Source: Patescibacteria group bacterium
Lineage (GTDB): Bacteria; Patescibacteriota; Minisyncoccia; UBA6257; GWB1-50-10
Length of the DNA: 64,000 nucleotides
Reading direction: 5' to 3'
Assembly (NCBI GenBank): GCA_038065455.1
Contig: JBBTQX010000004.1
Span: forward strand, 1-64,000
Position 1 is the first letter of the stretch. Each line of letters starts with the position of its first letter. A program made the position numbers and the translations under genes. Positions 1-9,783 of this stretch are shown one piece after another. Below the pieces are notes generated by a model. It did no database searches. It had not been told where the DNA came from and saw only the letters and a list, made by a program, of their open reading frames with translations.

Positions 1-307
1 CGCATTCCGCACCCCGCCACCATTTCCCCAGACAAAAGAGGCGGGGTGCGGTCAGATTTCCTCGTCGGGATTGGTTTCAAAAAAGGTTCGAATTTTGTTC
101 AATACACACCGCAGAAAAAACAGAATGAAAAATTATTCTGTTTTTTATTTTTGCGAATTTTTTAGGAAATTGCGAGTTATCCACAGTTTTTTTTAAAAAA
201 AAAGTATATAATTAACAAAGAAGCAGGTTGCTAGAGAATTAACGAGATTGCTGGTCGACAACCCAACGTTAATTTTAAAAATAACAAGGGCGTAAACCCA
301 AAAACAA

Positions 308-361
308 ATGGCTAAGAAAAAAGTTACGAAGAAGAAGGCTAAGAAGAGTAAGAGGAAATAG
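308..361 (+). CDS. 17-aa Lys-rich basic micropeptide MAKKKVTKKKAKKSKRK (below ORF-track cutoff)
   Basis: ATG at 308, TAG at 359-361, followed directly by a terminator-like hairpin; AT-rich promoter-like sequence upstream. Confidence 0.5.
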   Translation: MAKKKVTKKKAKKSKRK

Positions 362-368
362 TCCTCTG

Positions 369-394
369 AAACCGCCTCGAAAGGGGCGGTTTTT
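369..394 (+). terminator. Intrinsic terminator
   Basis: aaaccgcctc-gaaa-ggggcggttttt hairpin plus T run. Confidence 0.7.
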
Positions 395-409
395 GCTACA
401 ATAAACCTT

Positions 410-1450
410 ATGTGGAATGAAAATCGAAAAATAATAAAGACAATTAAGCGGGTAATGCCAGCCGTCGTTTCAATTGTCCTCTCTAAGAGCTTCGAAGAAT
501 TGAAAAAGGATATGCCGGCCTCAGCCAAAGGCAAGCCAAGCTCGTTCCAAATTCCGCCCGATAAAATAGACGCTCACGGCATGGTTCAGGTGGGCGGCGG
601 TTCGGGATTCATTGTGGATAAAAAAGGAATAATTCTGACCAACAAGCATGTTATTGCCGAATCCGGCGTGAGCTACACCGTCTTTACCGATGATGATGAG
701 GTTTATGAAGCGGAAGTGCTCGCCCGCGATCCGGTAAACGATGTTGCGATATTAAAAATTAATCCAAAAAAAAATCTGGCCGCAGTGAAACTCGGCGATT
801 CCGAAAAAGCGGAGCTGGGTCAGACGGTACTCGCAATCGGGAACGCGCTCGGACTTTTTAAAAATACGGTTTCTATGGGAATAGTTTCTGGATTGTCGCG
901 CTCGGTGCGGGCCAAATCCGATGAGAATGCCCCGCTTCAGGAACTTCGGGGGCTTATTCAAACGGATGCAGCCATCAATCCGGGTAATTCCGGCGGTCCG
1001 CTCGTGGATATTTGCGGCCGGGCAATCGGCATCAATGCCGCGGTTGTCGTCGGCGCCCAGAATATAAATTTCGCGATTCCCATCAAAGCGGCGGAACGCG
1101 ATTTAGAGGATTTGAAAAAGTACGGCCGTATCCGCCGGCCGCTTCTTGGTCTCCGCTATCTTATCTTAAACCATGATTTGAGCGAAAAGATGGGCTTGCC
1201 TGTGGATTATGGCGCTTACATTATTCGAGAACACTCGGGGGAAACCGCCGTCATTCCGAAAAGCCCGGCCGACAAGGCCGGTATTTTGGAACAAGATATT
1301 GTTCTTGAATGGAACGGCCAGAAGATATCGCCCGAAAGCGCCCTTCAGGACTTTTTGGAAAATTGCGAGGTTGGAGAAGAAATTTCGCTAAAAATCCTCC
1401 GCGCCGGTAAGGAACGGGATATAAAAGTGCTTCTTACCGAAAGAAAATAA
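410..1450 (+). CDS. htrA: HtrA/DegP-family serine protease with one PDZ domain
   Basis: TNKHV, DVAILKI, IQTDAAINPGNSGGPL catalytic motifs; C-terminal PDZ (SPADKAGI). Confidence 0.9.
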   Translation: MWNENRKIIKTIKRVMPAVVSIVLSKSFEELKKDMPASAKGKPSSFQIPPDKIDAHGMVQVGGGSGFIVDKKGIILTNKHVIAESGVSYTVFTDDDEVYEAEVLARDPVNDVAILKINPKKNLAAVKLGDSEKAELGQTVLAIGNALGLFKNTVSMGIVSGLSRSVRAKSDENAPLQELRGLIQTDAAINPGNSGGPLVDICGRAIGINAAVVVGAQNINFAIPIKAAERDLEDLKKYGRIRRPLLGLRYLILNHDLSEKMGLPVDYGAYIIREHSGETAVIPKSPADKAGILEQDIVLEWNGQKISPESALQDFLENCEVGEEISLKILRAGKERDIKVLLTERK

Positions 1451-1451
1451 G

Positions 1452-2390
1452 CTAATAGACGTATTCGTCTACCAAAAACCCGTCTTTATCGAGTAAGAGC
1501 AGCCGGTCGTGGCCAGAATCGAAATTCATCGCGGATTGAATCCAAACCCGCCATTCTTTAGCGAAGAAATTAATGTCATTTCGATGGCGGTTATAACAGC
1601 TTTGGTAATTGGTTCTTCCTGTCAAAATACTCCGACATTGGCTTTCATCGGGCTTGGGAACGGAATTTATCTGGTCCGAAGTCGGAACGCCGCAACTCCG
1701 AACAGAAGTGATGAGGTTTTGACAGGTTCCGGAAAAATTGATTATCTCCGATTTATCGTATATTGCCGGACAATTCTCCGGTAACTCCGGAATGAATTTC
1801 GCGGTATTGTTCAGATATCCCGTACATTCGTTCAATTTTAAACCGACGCCAATAGGACTATAGTTGCTGTAAAAACTAACTGTCTCGCTTTTATTCAAAA
1901 GAAGATTGTTCTCTGACACTAGACCCGACGGAATATAGTCGCCAACAGCTCCGGGAATCAGAATTCTTACATTTCGATTCCCTTCAACACTCCACCCACG
2001 AATATCTATTGATGCGGCTATTGATGCGGCCGATCGCATATCAAGTCTGCTTGGATTTATTGAGTTACCCAAAGAGAATGAGGTCAGTTCCACCTGTCCG
2101 TAATAGAGGGAGAGCTGACCGAGATCGAAACCGACAGGCGGTATAATAACCGGTTTCGGCGGCTGATTCGAAGGAGAAACGGAAATCGGCTTATCCCCGT
2201 TCGCATAATTTTTTCCGCCGACGCCAACCGAAACATTCACGGTCGTCGTCGTTATTCTCAAACCCGAAGGAAGTTTGAATATGGCGGACAAATTTTCGAA
2301 TTTCACTCCGCCTTTCAATCCGGTGAAAGCGCCATGAAGGGCGACTGCCATAATAATGATAACGATAAGCCAGAATATTTTTCCCATCAA
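1452..2390 (-). CDS. Hypothetical membrane-anchored Cys-containing exported protein
   Basis: N-terminal hydrophobic helix; several Cys; 312-aa ORF in operon behind leuS. Confidence 0.7.
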   Translation of the reverse strand: MMGKIFWLIVIIIMAVALHGAFTGLKGGVKFENLSAIFKLPSGLRITTTTVNVSVGVGGKNYANGDKPISVSPSNQPPKPVIIPPVGFDLGQLSLYYGQVELTSFSLGNSINPSRLDMRSAASIAASIDIRGWSVEGNRNVRILIPGAVGDYIPSGLVSENNLLLNKSETVSFYSNYSPIGVGLKLNECTGYLNNTAKFIPELPENCPAIYDKSEIINFSGTCQNLITSVRSCGVPTSDQINSVPKPDESQCRSILTGRTNYQSCYNRHRNDINFFAKEWRVWIQSAMNFDSGHDRLLLLDKDGFLVDEYVY

Positions 2391-2402
2391 TCTAATGGTA
2401 GT

Positions 2403-4793
2403 TTAAATCACGAAATTTATTAAGCGATTAGGTACAAAAATCGTTTTCTTGGGTTTTTGGCCGGCAATGGAATTATTGACATTCTCGTTTCCGAAAGCCG
2501 CTTTTTCGGCGTCTCTTTGAGAAGCGCCTCGGGGCATTTTAATCGTTGCCCGCAATTTTCCATTGACCTGAATCACGAGATCAAAATCTTCTTCTTTTAA
2601 AAATTTGGAATTGGCTATCGGCCAAGATGATTTATGGATCGATGTTTTTTTACCCAACTCGGACCAAAGCTCCTCCGTTATATGGGGCGCGAAAGGAGCA
2701 AGAAGCTTCAAAAATACTTCTTTATTTTCTTTGTCGACGCCTTTCTTTTCAAATTCGTTCAGAAAAATCATTAAAGCGCTAATGGCGGTATTATAATGGA
2801 GCGATTCGATATCATTTGTTATCTTTTTTATCGTGCGGTGCGTAAGGCGAAGAGTCTCCTCGCTCGCCTTGTTCGATTTTTTAATTTCTTTCACACACAA
2901 ATTCCAGACCCGATCCAAAAAACGAACGATGCCGAGAACCGCTTCATCTCGGAAGTCTCCGCCTTGCTCGAAGGGCGCGAGAAACATCAGATACATTCTC
3001 AAAGAATCGGCGCCAAAATTCTTGATATACTCGTCCGGATTTATCACATTCCCTTTGGATTTAGACATCTTCGCCCCTTCTTTTATGAGAAGTCCGTGCG
3101 CGCGAAATTTCGGGAAGGGCTCTTCAAAATGAAGTTTGCCGGCCTCATGGAGAGTCATAGCGACGAAACGCACATAGAGAAGATGGAGAACGGAATGCTC
3201 CGCTCCGCCGGTGTATAAATTAACCGGAAACCATTTTTTCGTTATTTCGGGATTCCAAGCTTTATTTTTTTCTTTCACGCTCGGGTAACGAAGATAGTAC
3301 CAGGCCGAATCCAGAAAAGTATCCGAAACGTCGGTTTCCCGGCGCGCCTTGCCTCCGCAATGCGGGCATTTTGTTTCGTAAAATTTTTTGACCGAAGCGA
3401 GCGGCGATTCTCCCTTGCCCTGCGGACGGAAATCTTTAACGTAGGGAAGTTTTACCGGCAGATCTTTCTCGGGTACGGCGTACCAGCCGGGCATTTCTTT
3501 TTGCTCGCCTTCATTTTTCGAAGCGCAGACTCCGCAATAAATCATCGGTATCGGCGCGCCCCAATAACGCTGGCGGGAAATCAGCCAATCACGGAGACGA
3601 TATTGAATTTTTCTTTCTCCACCCGCGAGCTTCGTAATTTCCCATCCGGCTTTTTCCGAATCCATGCCGTTGAATTTGCCGGAATTGATTAGTCTTCCGC
3701 CGGATATCACTTCAATAATCGGCAAGTTGAATTTTTTAGCGAAAGCAAAATCGCGTTCGTCGTGCGCCGGCACGGCCATAATGGCGCCCGTGCCGTAAGA
3801 AGAGAGTACGTAATCCGCGACAAACACCGGGATTTTTTCATTATTTGCCGGATTTACCGCTTTGATGCCTTTTAGCTCCACGCCGGTCTTTTCTCTACCT
3901 TCTTCTATTCTTTCCATTTCGGACTTATGAGCTGCATTTTTGATGTATTTTTCTACATCGTCATAATTTGAAATTTGAAATTTGAAATTTGAAATTAACG
4001 GGTGCTCCGGCGCCAAAACCATATAAGTCGCGCCGAAAAGCGTATCGGGCCGGGTTGTAAATACTTTGATTGAGAATTGAGAATTGAGAATTGAGAATTT
4101 CAACTCTGCCCCCTCGGATCTTCCGATCCAATTCCTTTGCGCAATTTTTACCTTCTCCGACCAGTCGATTTTTTCCAGATTACCCAGGAGCTTCTCCGCA
4201 TATTTGGTAATCCTGAAAAACCATTGTTCCATGTCCTTTTTAACGACTATCGAAGAGCATCGCTCGCATTTGCCGGCAATCACCTGTTCATCGGCAAGCA
4301 CGGTCTTGCATGACGGGCACCAATTCACAAATTGTTTTTTGCGATAAGCCAAACCGCGCCGCCACATCTCCGTGAAAACCCATTGGGTCCATTTATAATA
4401 ATTGGGATCATAGGTTTCTACCCGTTCATCCCAGGCAAAACCGTTTCCGATTGCCTCCAGTTGCTTATAAAACCGCTTCTCGGATATTTTCGCTTGATCC
4501 ATCGGATGCGCGCCGATCTTCAACGCGTAGTTCTCCGAATGGATTCCGAAGCCGTCCAGCCCGATCGGCTCGAAAACATCATAACCCTCCATCCGCTTCT
4601 TTCGGCCGTAGATATCCGCGCCCGTAAAAGCGTACATATTCCCGACATGCAATCCCTCGGCTGAAGGGTATGGGAACATCATCAGATTATAGAATGGTTT
4701 CTTGGCTTTTTTTAAATTCGGTTCGTAGGTGCCCGATTCCTTCCAGACCCTTTGCCAATATTGCTCTATTTTATTGAAATTATATTTTTTCAT
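2403..4793 (-). CDS. leuS: Leucine--tRNA ligase
   Basis: MFPYPSAEGLHVGN (HIGH), FTTRPDT editing domain, KMSKS. Confidence 0.96.
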   Translation of the reverse strand: MKKYNFNKIEQYWQRVWKESGTYEPNLKKAKKPFYNLMMFPYPSAEGLHVGNMYAFTGADIYGRKKRMEGYDVFEPIGLDGFGIHSENYALKIGAHPMDQAKISEKRFYKQLEAIGNGFAWDERVETYDPNYYKWTQWVFTEMWRRGLAYRKKQFVNWCPSCKTVLADEQVIAGKCERCSSIVVKKDMEQWFFRITKYAEKLLGNLEKIDWSEKVKIAQRNWIGRSEGAELKFSILNSQFSIKVFTTRPDTLFGATYMVLAPEHPLISNFKFQISNYDDVEKYIKNAAHKSEMERIEEGREKTGVELKGIKAVNPANNEKIPVFVADYVLSSYGTGAIMAVPAHDERDFAFAKKFNLPIIEVISGGRLINSGKFNGMDSEKAGWEITKLAGGERKIQYRLRDWLISRQRYWGAPIPMIYCGVCASKNEGEQKEMPGWYAVPEKDLPVKLPYVKDFRPQGKGESPLASVKKFYETKCPHCGGKARRETDVSDTFLDSAWYYLRYPSVKEKNKAWNPEITKKWFPVNLYTGGAEHSVLHLLYVRFVAMTLHEAGKLHFEEPFPKFRAHGLLIKEGAKMSKSKGNVINPDEYIKNFGADSLRMYLMFLAPFEQGGDFRDEAVLGIVRFLDRVWNLCVKEIKKSNKASEETLRLTHRTIKKITNDIESLHYNTAISALMIFLNEFEKKGVDKENKEVFLKLLAPFAPHITEELWSELGKKTSIHKSSWPIANSKFLKEEDFDLVIQVNGKLRATIKMPRGASQRDAEKAAFGNENVNNSIAGQKPKKTIFVPNRLINFVI

Positions 4794-4932
4794 CCCGTCA
4801 GAGACAGGATGCGCTCCTGCCTGCGCAGGCAGGTAATAAGCGCATCCGTTTGTTATGCAAACTTATATTTAATTCTTCGACTTGGTTGTAATTGTTTCTT
4901 TTCATATATTCACCTTGAACGTCTCTAACGGG
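4794..4932. mobile_element. MITE-like element family A, copy 1 (139 bp) with nested 18-bp palindrome
   Basis: Ends cccgtcagagac / gtctctaacggg, AT on both sides; internal GGATGCGC...GCGCATCC hairpin shared with copies at 8390 and 38108. Confidence 0.7.
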
Positions 4933-4934
4933 AT

Positions 4935-5792
4935 TCATCGGGTTAGCTTAAGATTAAAGCACTCCGAGGTATTTTTCAAAATTTGGCTTGCCATTGCTTC
5001 GATTGACAGCAATTTTATCTCCGCAAGTTTTTTAATCGTCTCCACCACATAGGCCGGCTCATTGCGCTTACCGCGATAAGGCACGGGCGCGACATAGGGC
5101 GCATCTGTCTCGCTCAATATCCTGTTTATCGGGATTAATTTGATCACTTCATCATAATCTCGAACGAAAGTGATAACACCGCCGAAAGTGAAATAAAAAC
5201 CCAACTCCAGAAGCTTCTCGGCTTCGTTTTCCGTGCCGGTAAAAAAATGAATAATACCCGGATTAGAACCTAGAAGCCGGAATCTAAAATCTAGAATACT
5301 TATTAAATCCGGAAAAGCGTTGCGACAATGAATCATTAGGGGCTTATTAACTTCATGAGCCAATTTTATTTGTTCTTCAAACGCCCATTTCTGTTTTTCC
5401 TTAATTCCTAATTCATTATCTGCGATTCTAAAGTAGTCCAACCCGCATTCGCCAATCGCAACTACTTTCGAGTCCAGTGCCAATTTCTTGTAGTACCCGT
5501 AATCAAATACCTCGCCTCGGCTCGTGAATTCCTTGGCCGCTTCGCCTCCGCCAAGTTCGTTCACGTCGTGAAAAGATTTGTCCGTATGCACGGGATGCAG
5601 ACCGATAGCGGCGAAGACCGGCTCACTCGCGAATTCCAGGGCGATTTCCACAGCCCGCAAAGAAGTGTCTTTCTGTGTGCCGACATTCACCATTCCCACG
5701 CCGGCGGAAAGCGCGCGGTTCACGACTTCCTTATAATCCTCTTTGAATGCAGAGAGATTGGCATGCGTATGGGCGTCGAAAAACTTGAGCAT
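4935..5792 (-). CDS. tatD: TatD-family hydrolase/DNase
   Basis: DAHTH, GLHP, IGECGLDY, IHCR, ETDAPY motifs. Confidence 0.93.
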   Translation of the reverse strand: MLKFFDAHTHANLSAFKEDYKEVVNRALSAGVGMVNVGTQKDTSLRAVEIALEFASEPVFAAIGLHPVHTDKSFHDVNELGGGEAAKEFTSRGEVFDYGYYKKLALDSKVVAIGECGLDYFRIADNELGIKEKQKWAFEEQIKLAHEVNKPLMIHCRNAFPDLISILDFRFRLLGSNPGIIHFFTGTENEAEKLLELGFYFTFGGVITFVRDYDEVIKLIPINRILSETDAPYVAPVPYRGKRNEPAYVVETIKKLAEIKLLSIEAMASQILKNTSECFNLKLTR

Positions 5793-5814
5793 AATTTTTT
5801 ATTATATGTGGATC

Positions 5815-7260
5815 TTAAGAAAAGCGCGGAAACAAAATCGCGCTTTTTTTATTCGCAAGCACGGCTTTTTTTATCTTCGCGCCCGTATCGGGCATAAAAG
5901 GCTCAAGCAAACGGGCGATGAAATACAGTTCCTCCGCGAGTTCGGCAATAATCTTTTTGCCGGCCTCCGGATCGGTTTTCACCAGCCGGAATGGTTCCTT
6001 CTCATTTATCTTCTGGTCCATGGCCCGCGCACGCGCTAAAATATAGCCCGTCGCCCGGTTGAATTCGAATTTTCCCATCGCTTCTCTGTATTCAGGGGGC
6101 AATTCCGCGGCCTCCGGCCGAACGGCCTTCTCGAGATTATCCTCGGCCAGCTTCATCACGCGGGCGGCCAAGTTTCCGATGCCGTTCGCCAAATTGGCAT
6201 TGTAGGCTTCTTTGAATCTATCCCAAAAAAAATCACTGTCTTCAAACGGGCTCATGTTATGTGCCAGAAAAAATCGGAGCGCATCCGTTCCGTATTTTTC
6301 CACGATTTCAAACGGATTCACCACATTCCCCAAACTCTTGCTCATCTTCTGCCCGTCGCTTGTGATAAAACCATGGATGATTATCTGCCGGGAAGGTGGC
6401 AAGCCGGCGGATAGGAGCATCGCCTGCCACATTGCGGACTGCTGGCGCAGATTGTCCTTGCCGGCAATCTGGAGCGCGTTCGGTTTTTCTTTCGTACCCC
6501 AAAAATCACCGAATTTTTTATCGTCTTCGGGCCAGCCCAAGGTCGAAATATAATTCGTCAAGGCATCGAACCAAACATACATTATTTGCATATCGTCTCC
6601 GGGCACCGGCACGCCCCACGGCATCTTGCTTTTTAGGCGCGAAACGCTGAAATCTTGAAGCCCGCTCGCAACGAAGTTTCTTATTTCAGTCAGTCGATGG
6701 GCCGGTACCACAAAATCCGGATATTTTTCGTAAAGTTCCAAAAGCGGTTTTTGATATTTCGAAAAACGGAAGAAGTAATTTTCCTCGTCGATAAGTTCCA
6801 ATTCAAGATTGGGATGAATCGGACACTTGCCGTCCGCAAGCTCGGAATCGGTTTTTTCGAGTTCGCAGCCGACGCAATATTTCACCCGGTAATTCTTTTT
6901 GTAAATATCGCCGCTGTTCTCGCATCGCCGCCAGAATTCTTGCGCCGCCGCCATATGATGCGGATCGGTCGTACGGATAAAATTTGTGAAGTCCAAATTC
7001 AAAGATTTTTTCAATTTGCCGAATTTGGCGGCATTCTCGTCCGCATATTTTTGAGTTTCTTTGCCCTCTTCCAAGGCTTTCCGATAAATTTTTAACCCGT
7101 GCTCATCGGTACCCGTATTAAAAACAACTTCTTCGCCGAGAAACTTATGATGACGGGCAATAATATCCGCCTGGACGACTTCGAGCGCAAAGCCGATATG
7201 CGGATCCGCATTCACATAAGGCAGGGTGGTAGTAATATAGAATTTGCCAATTTTATTCAT
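5815..7260 (-). CDS. metG: Methionine--tRNA ligase (short form, no C-terminal tRNA-binding domain)
   Basis: YITTTLPYVNADPHIG, TGTDEHG, YVWFDAL, KMSKS; start placed at MNKIG (7260). Confidence 0.95.
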   Translation of the reverse strand: MNKIGKFYITTTLPYVNADPHIGFALEVVQADIIARHHKFLGEEVVFNTGTDEHGLKIYRKALEEGKETQKYADENAAKFGKLKKSLNLDFTNFIRTTDPHHMAAAQEFWRRCENSGDIYKKNYRVKYCVGCELEKTDSELADGKCPIHPNLELELIDEENYFFRFSKYQKPLLELYEKYPDFVVPAHRLTEIRNFVASGLQDFSVSRLKSKMPWGVPVPGDDMQIMYVWFDALTNYISTLGWPEDDKKFGDFWGTKEKPNALQIAGKDNLRQQSAMWQAMLLSAGLPPSRQIIIHGFITSDGQKMSKSLGNVVNPFEIVEKYGTDALRFFLAHNMSPFEDSDFFWDRFKEAYNANLANGIGNLAARVMKLAEDNLEKAVRPEAAELPPEYREAMGKFEFNRATGYILARARAMDQKINEKEPFRLVKTDPEAGKKIIAELAEELYFIARLLEPFMPDTGAKIKKAVLANKKSAILFPRFS

Positions 7261-7263
7261 GAG

Positions 7264-7364
7264 CCCGCCCATAGTTTCAACTCACGACTGAGGAATTGAA
7301 CAGAGCATATTATTATCTTTCCTTTTTCATTACTATCCATATATTTATTGAAACTATAGGCGGG
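7264..7364. mobile_element. 101-bp element with 17-bp terminal inverted repeats (family B)
   Basis: cccgcccatagtttcaa (7264-7280) versus ttgaaactataggcggg (7348-7364): 16/17 inverted match. Confidence 0.55.
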
Positions 7365-7375
7365 GTATCAAGCCC

Positions 7376-8389
7376 TTACATATCGAGCACCGGGCGGCGC
7401 TCTTTCCTTTCGGTCAGATAATTGAAGATTTCTTGGACTAAGACAGCAAGCGGAACACTTAAGATTATCCCCACAAAACCGGCGATTTGGGCCCCAGCCA
7501 AAAGGGAAACAACCACGATTACCGGGTGTACTCTCATACTCTTACCCATTATGATCGGAATGAGTATATGATTCTCAAATTGCTGGACAACAAAAAAGAA
7601 TGCTAAAGCATACATACCCAACGCCGTGGAATCGGCGATAGCGATAACGAAGGCAATAAGCCCAATCATTATAGGACCGATGATCGGCACCACCTCGAAT
7701 ATGGCGGCGAGAATACCCAAAATCAGAGCGTAGCGAACGCCAATAAACCACATTCCCAATCCCACCGCGAAACCGACGAATAGACTCAATACCAGCTGAG
7801 TGCCGAGCCAGCGGCGCATTTTTATCTTGAATCCGTCGAAAATGGATAGAATCGGCCGTTCGTAATCATCCGGGATGATAACCCGTATCATTTTTTCCGC
7901 TCCGTCTTTTTCAATACTCAAATAAAGTGTGACAAAAATCGAGGAGAAGAAAAGAATGGCGTTTCCGAAGAGTTTAGTAATCGCGCCGGGAACGGAATTG
8001 CCCGCGCCCGAAATCAAATTCAATATCTGATCCGCTCCGATATTCAAACTTTCCAAACTCAAGCTGAAATTGCCGAAACGAAAAACCGAAGTAACGAATT
8101 GAGTAAAATGGAAAAGGAAGCCGGCCAGTTCCTCGAAGATAACCGGCGCTATGATGTATATTCCGCCGGCAAAAACGGAAATAATGGCGAGAATCACGAT
8201 GATGGAGGCGAAGACCCGACCGATTCTGGCTTTCTCGGCGAGAAAAGTGACGAATGGGTCTATTCCCATCGAAATCACAACACCCACAAGAAGAACGGTG
8301 AAAGCATCCCAGGCGAAATAAACGAGCGCGATGCCCGCCAGAAAGATAAAAATCCTCCATAAAGTCCCCCAAGCCACTTCCGTTTTCAT
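7376..8389 (-). CDS. AI-2E family (PerM-like) transporter
   Basis: Multi-TM; VPIIGP, QQFENHILIP, VHP, G..G..L..P motifs; real start MKTEV at 8389 (upstream ORF extension comes from the MITE). Confidence 0.88.
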   Translation of the reverse strand: MKTEVAWGTLWRIFIFLAGIALVYFAWDAFTVLLVGVVISMGIDPFVTFLAEKARIGRVFASIIVILAIISVFAGGIYIIAPVIFEELAGFLFHFTQFVTSVFRFGNFSLSLESLNIGADQILNLISGAGNSVPGAITKLFGNAILFFSSIFVTLYLSIEKDGAEKMIRVIIPDDYERPILSIFDGFKIKMRRWLGTQLVLSLFVGFAVGLGMWFIGVRYALILGILAAIFEVVPIIGPIMIGLIAFVIAIADSTALGMYALAFFFVVQQFENHILIPIIMGKSMRVHPVIVVVSLLAGAQIAGFVGIILSVPLAVLVQEIFNYLTERKERRPVLDM

Positions 8390-8512
8390 CCCGTTAGAAA
8401 CAGGATACGCCGCTTTGGCGCATCCGTTGGGAATCAAGCGACCTCCGAGATTTGATTTTTCTCATAATTACCTTCATTTTTATATCTTTAGAATACACCG
8501 GTTTCTAACGGG
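8390..8512. mobile_element. MITE-like element family A, copy 2 (123 bp)
   Basis: Perfect 12-bp TIR cccgttagaaac / gtttctaacggg, AT flanks, internal GGATACGC...GCGCATCC hairpin. Confidence 0.75.
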
Positions 8513-8514
8513 AT

Positions 8515-9783
8515 TCATACTTTCACTATATCAAGAAAACTCCTCTTCTTAAAGGGCCCGATGAGCGCCAGATTCAAGCCGTCGTTTCTTACCACTTCCC
8601 GCATAACTTTTCTTACGTCATTCGCGGTTATTCCGTTTACCTTCCGAGCCAGCTCCTGAGGCGAGGTGAGCTTCAGTCCCAGCATTTCCTGGCCGCCGTA
8701 GAAATAAGCCAATTCATCCGAGGTTTCGAGCGAGAGATAAAGATTGCCTATCAGATGTTCTTTGGCTTTTTTGAGATCTTTTTCGCTCACCAATTCGTTC
8801 CGCAAACGGTTGAATTCTTCCAAACCGGCCCTAATAACCGTTTCGATTTTTGTATGCTCGATTCCCGCCGCCATCGTCAAAAGGCCGTGATCGGAATAAA
8901 GGTCGGCATCGGCCCGCACATAATAGGCGGCGCCGAGCTCTTCCCGAATTCTTTGAAAAAAGCGCGAGCTCATTCCCCCGCCCAGGATTTCGGCCGCGAC
9001 CTGGAGGGCGATTCGCCGCTCGTCGTGGACGCCGAAAGCGCGGAACCCGAGAACCAAGTGGGTCTGGTCCGATTTTTTGAATTGAATGAGTTCCCGCGGC
9101 CTGGCCTGAATCTCTTTAACTTTGAGTTTTTTGCTTTTGGGTCCGGGCTTCAAAACCGAAAAATATTTTTCGATTCTTTTCGCGATGTCTTTCTCGCCGA
9201 AAGCGCCCGCGACCGTCACAATCGTGGCTTGAGGCACGTAGTGTTTCGCCCGATATTTCATGAAGTCGTTCCGGGTGATGCTCCGAATAACTTCTTTACG
9301 GCCGAGAATATCCCAACCCGCCGGCTGATTGCCGTAGACGAGATTCATAAAAAGGCTCTGAACCTTCCGAGAAGGCGTATCCTCGTACATATTGAACTCC
9401 TGGATAATGACGCCTTTTTCTTTTTCGATTTCCCGGGAATCAAATGTCGGATTCAGATACATATCGGCCACCACGTCCAATATCTCGTTCACATTCTCTT
9501 TTTTCGCTTTTGCATAATAGCTCGTGGATTCCTGACTCGTGAAAGCATTGGATTGCGCCCCAAGCCCGTCCATCTCCGCCGCAATATCAATCGGCTTCGG
9601 CCGCTTTGCCGTACCTTTGAAGCACATATGCTCCAGAAAATGCGAGATGCCGCTTATGTCTTTCGTTTCGTATTTCGAGCCGGCCTCCACCGACACCATT
9701 ACGGTCGCCGCCAGACTGCCCGATTGGGGCGCGAGAATAATCCGCAGACCGTTTTTTAATTTAATTCTTCTGATATTTTTCAT
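8515..9783 (-). CDS. M16 family zinc peptidase
   Basis: Inverted zinc motif HFLEH (GISHFLEHMCFKGT), NAFTS, GGGMSSR..IRE. Confidence 0.92.
   Translation of the reverse strand: MKNIRRIKLKNGLRIILAPQSGSLAATVMVSVEAGSKYETKDISGISHFLEHMCFKGTAKRPKPIDIAAEMDGLGAQSNAFTSQESTSYYAKAKKENVNEILDVVADMYLNPTFDSREIEKEKGVIIQEFNMYEDTPSRKVQSLFMNLVYGNQPAGWDILGRKEVIRSITRNDFMKYRAKHYVPQATIVTVAGAFGEKDIAKRIEKYFSVLKPGPKSKKLKVKEIQARPRELIQFKKSDQTHLVLGFRAFGVHDERRIALQVAAEILGGGMSSRFFQRIREELGAAYYVRADADLYSDHGLLTMAAGIEHTKIETVIRAGLEEFNRLRNELVSEKDLKKAKEHLIGNLYLSLETSDELAYFYGGQEMLGLKLTSPQELARKVNGITANDVRKVMREVVRNDGLNLALIGPFKKRSFLDIVKV

Noticed and set aside
8390-8437. N-terminal extension MIPNGCAKAAYPVSNG of the AI-2E transporter in the ORF track
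   Set aside because: It is read-through into the family A element; the real start is the ATG at 8389.
8755-9759. Long antisense ORFs (334 aa here; also 36515-37678, 58673-59521, 57386-58222)
   Set aside because: They lie opposite well-supported genes and show no recognisable motifs; they are shadow ORFs.
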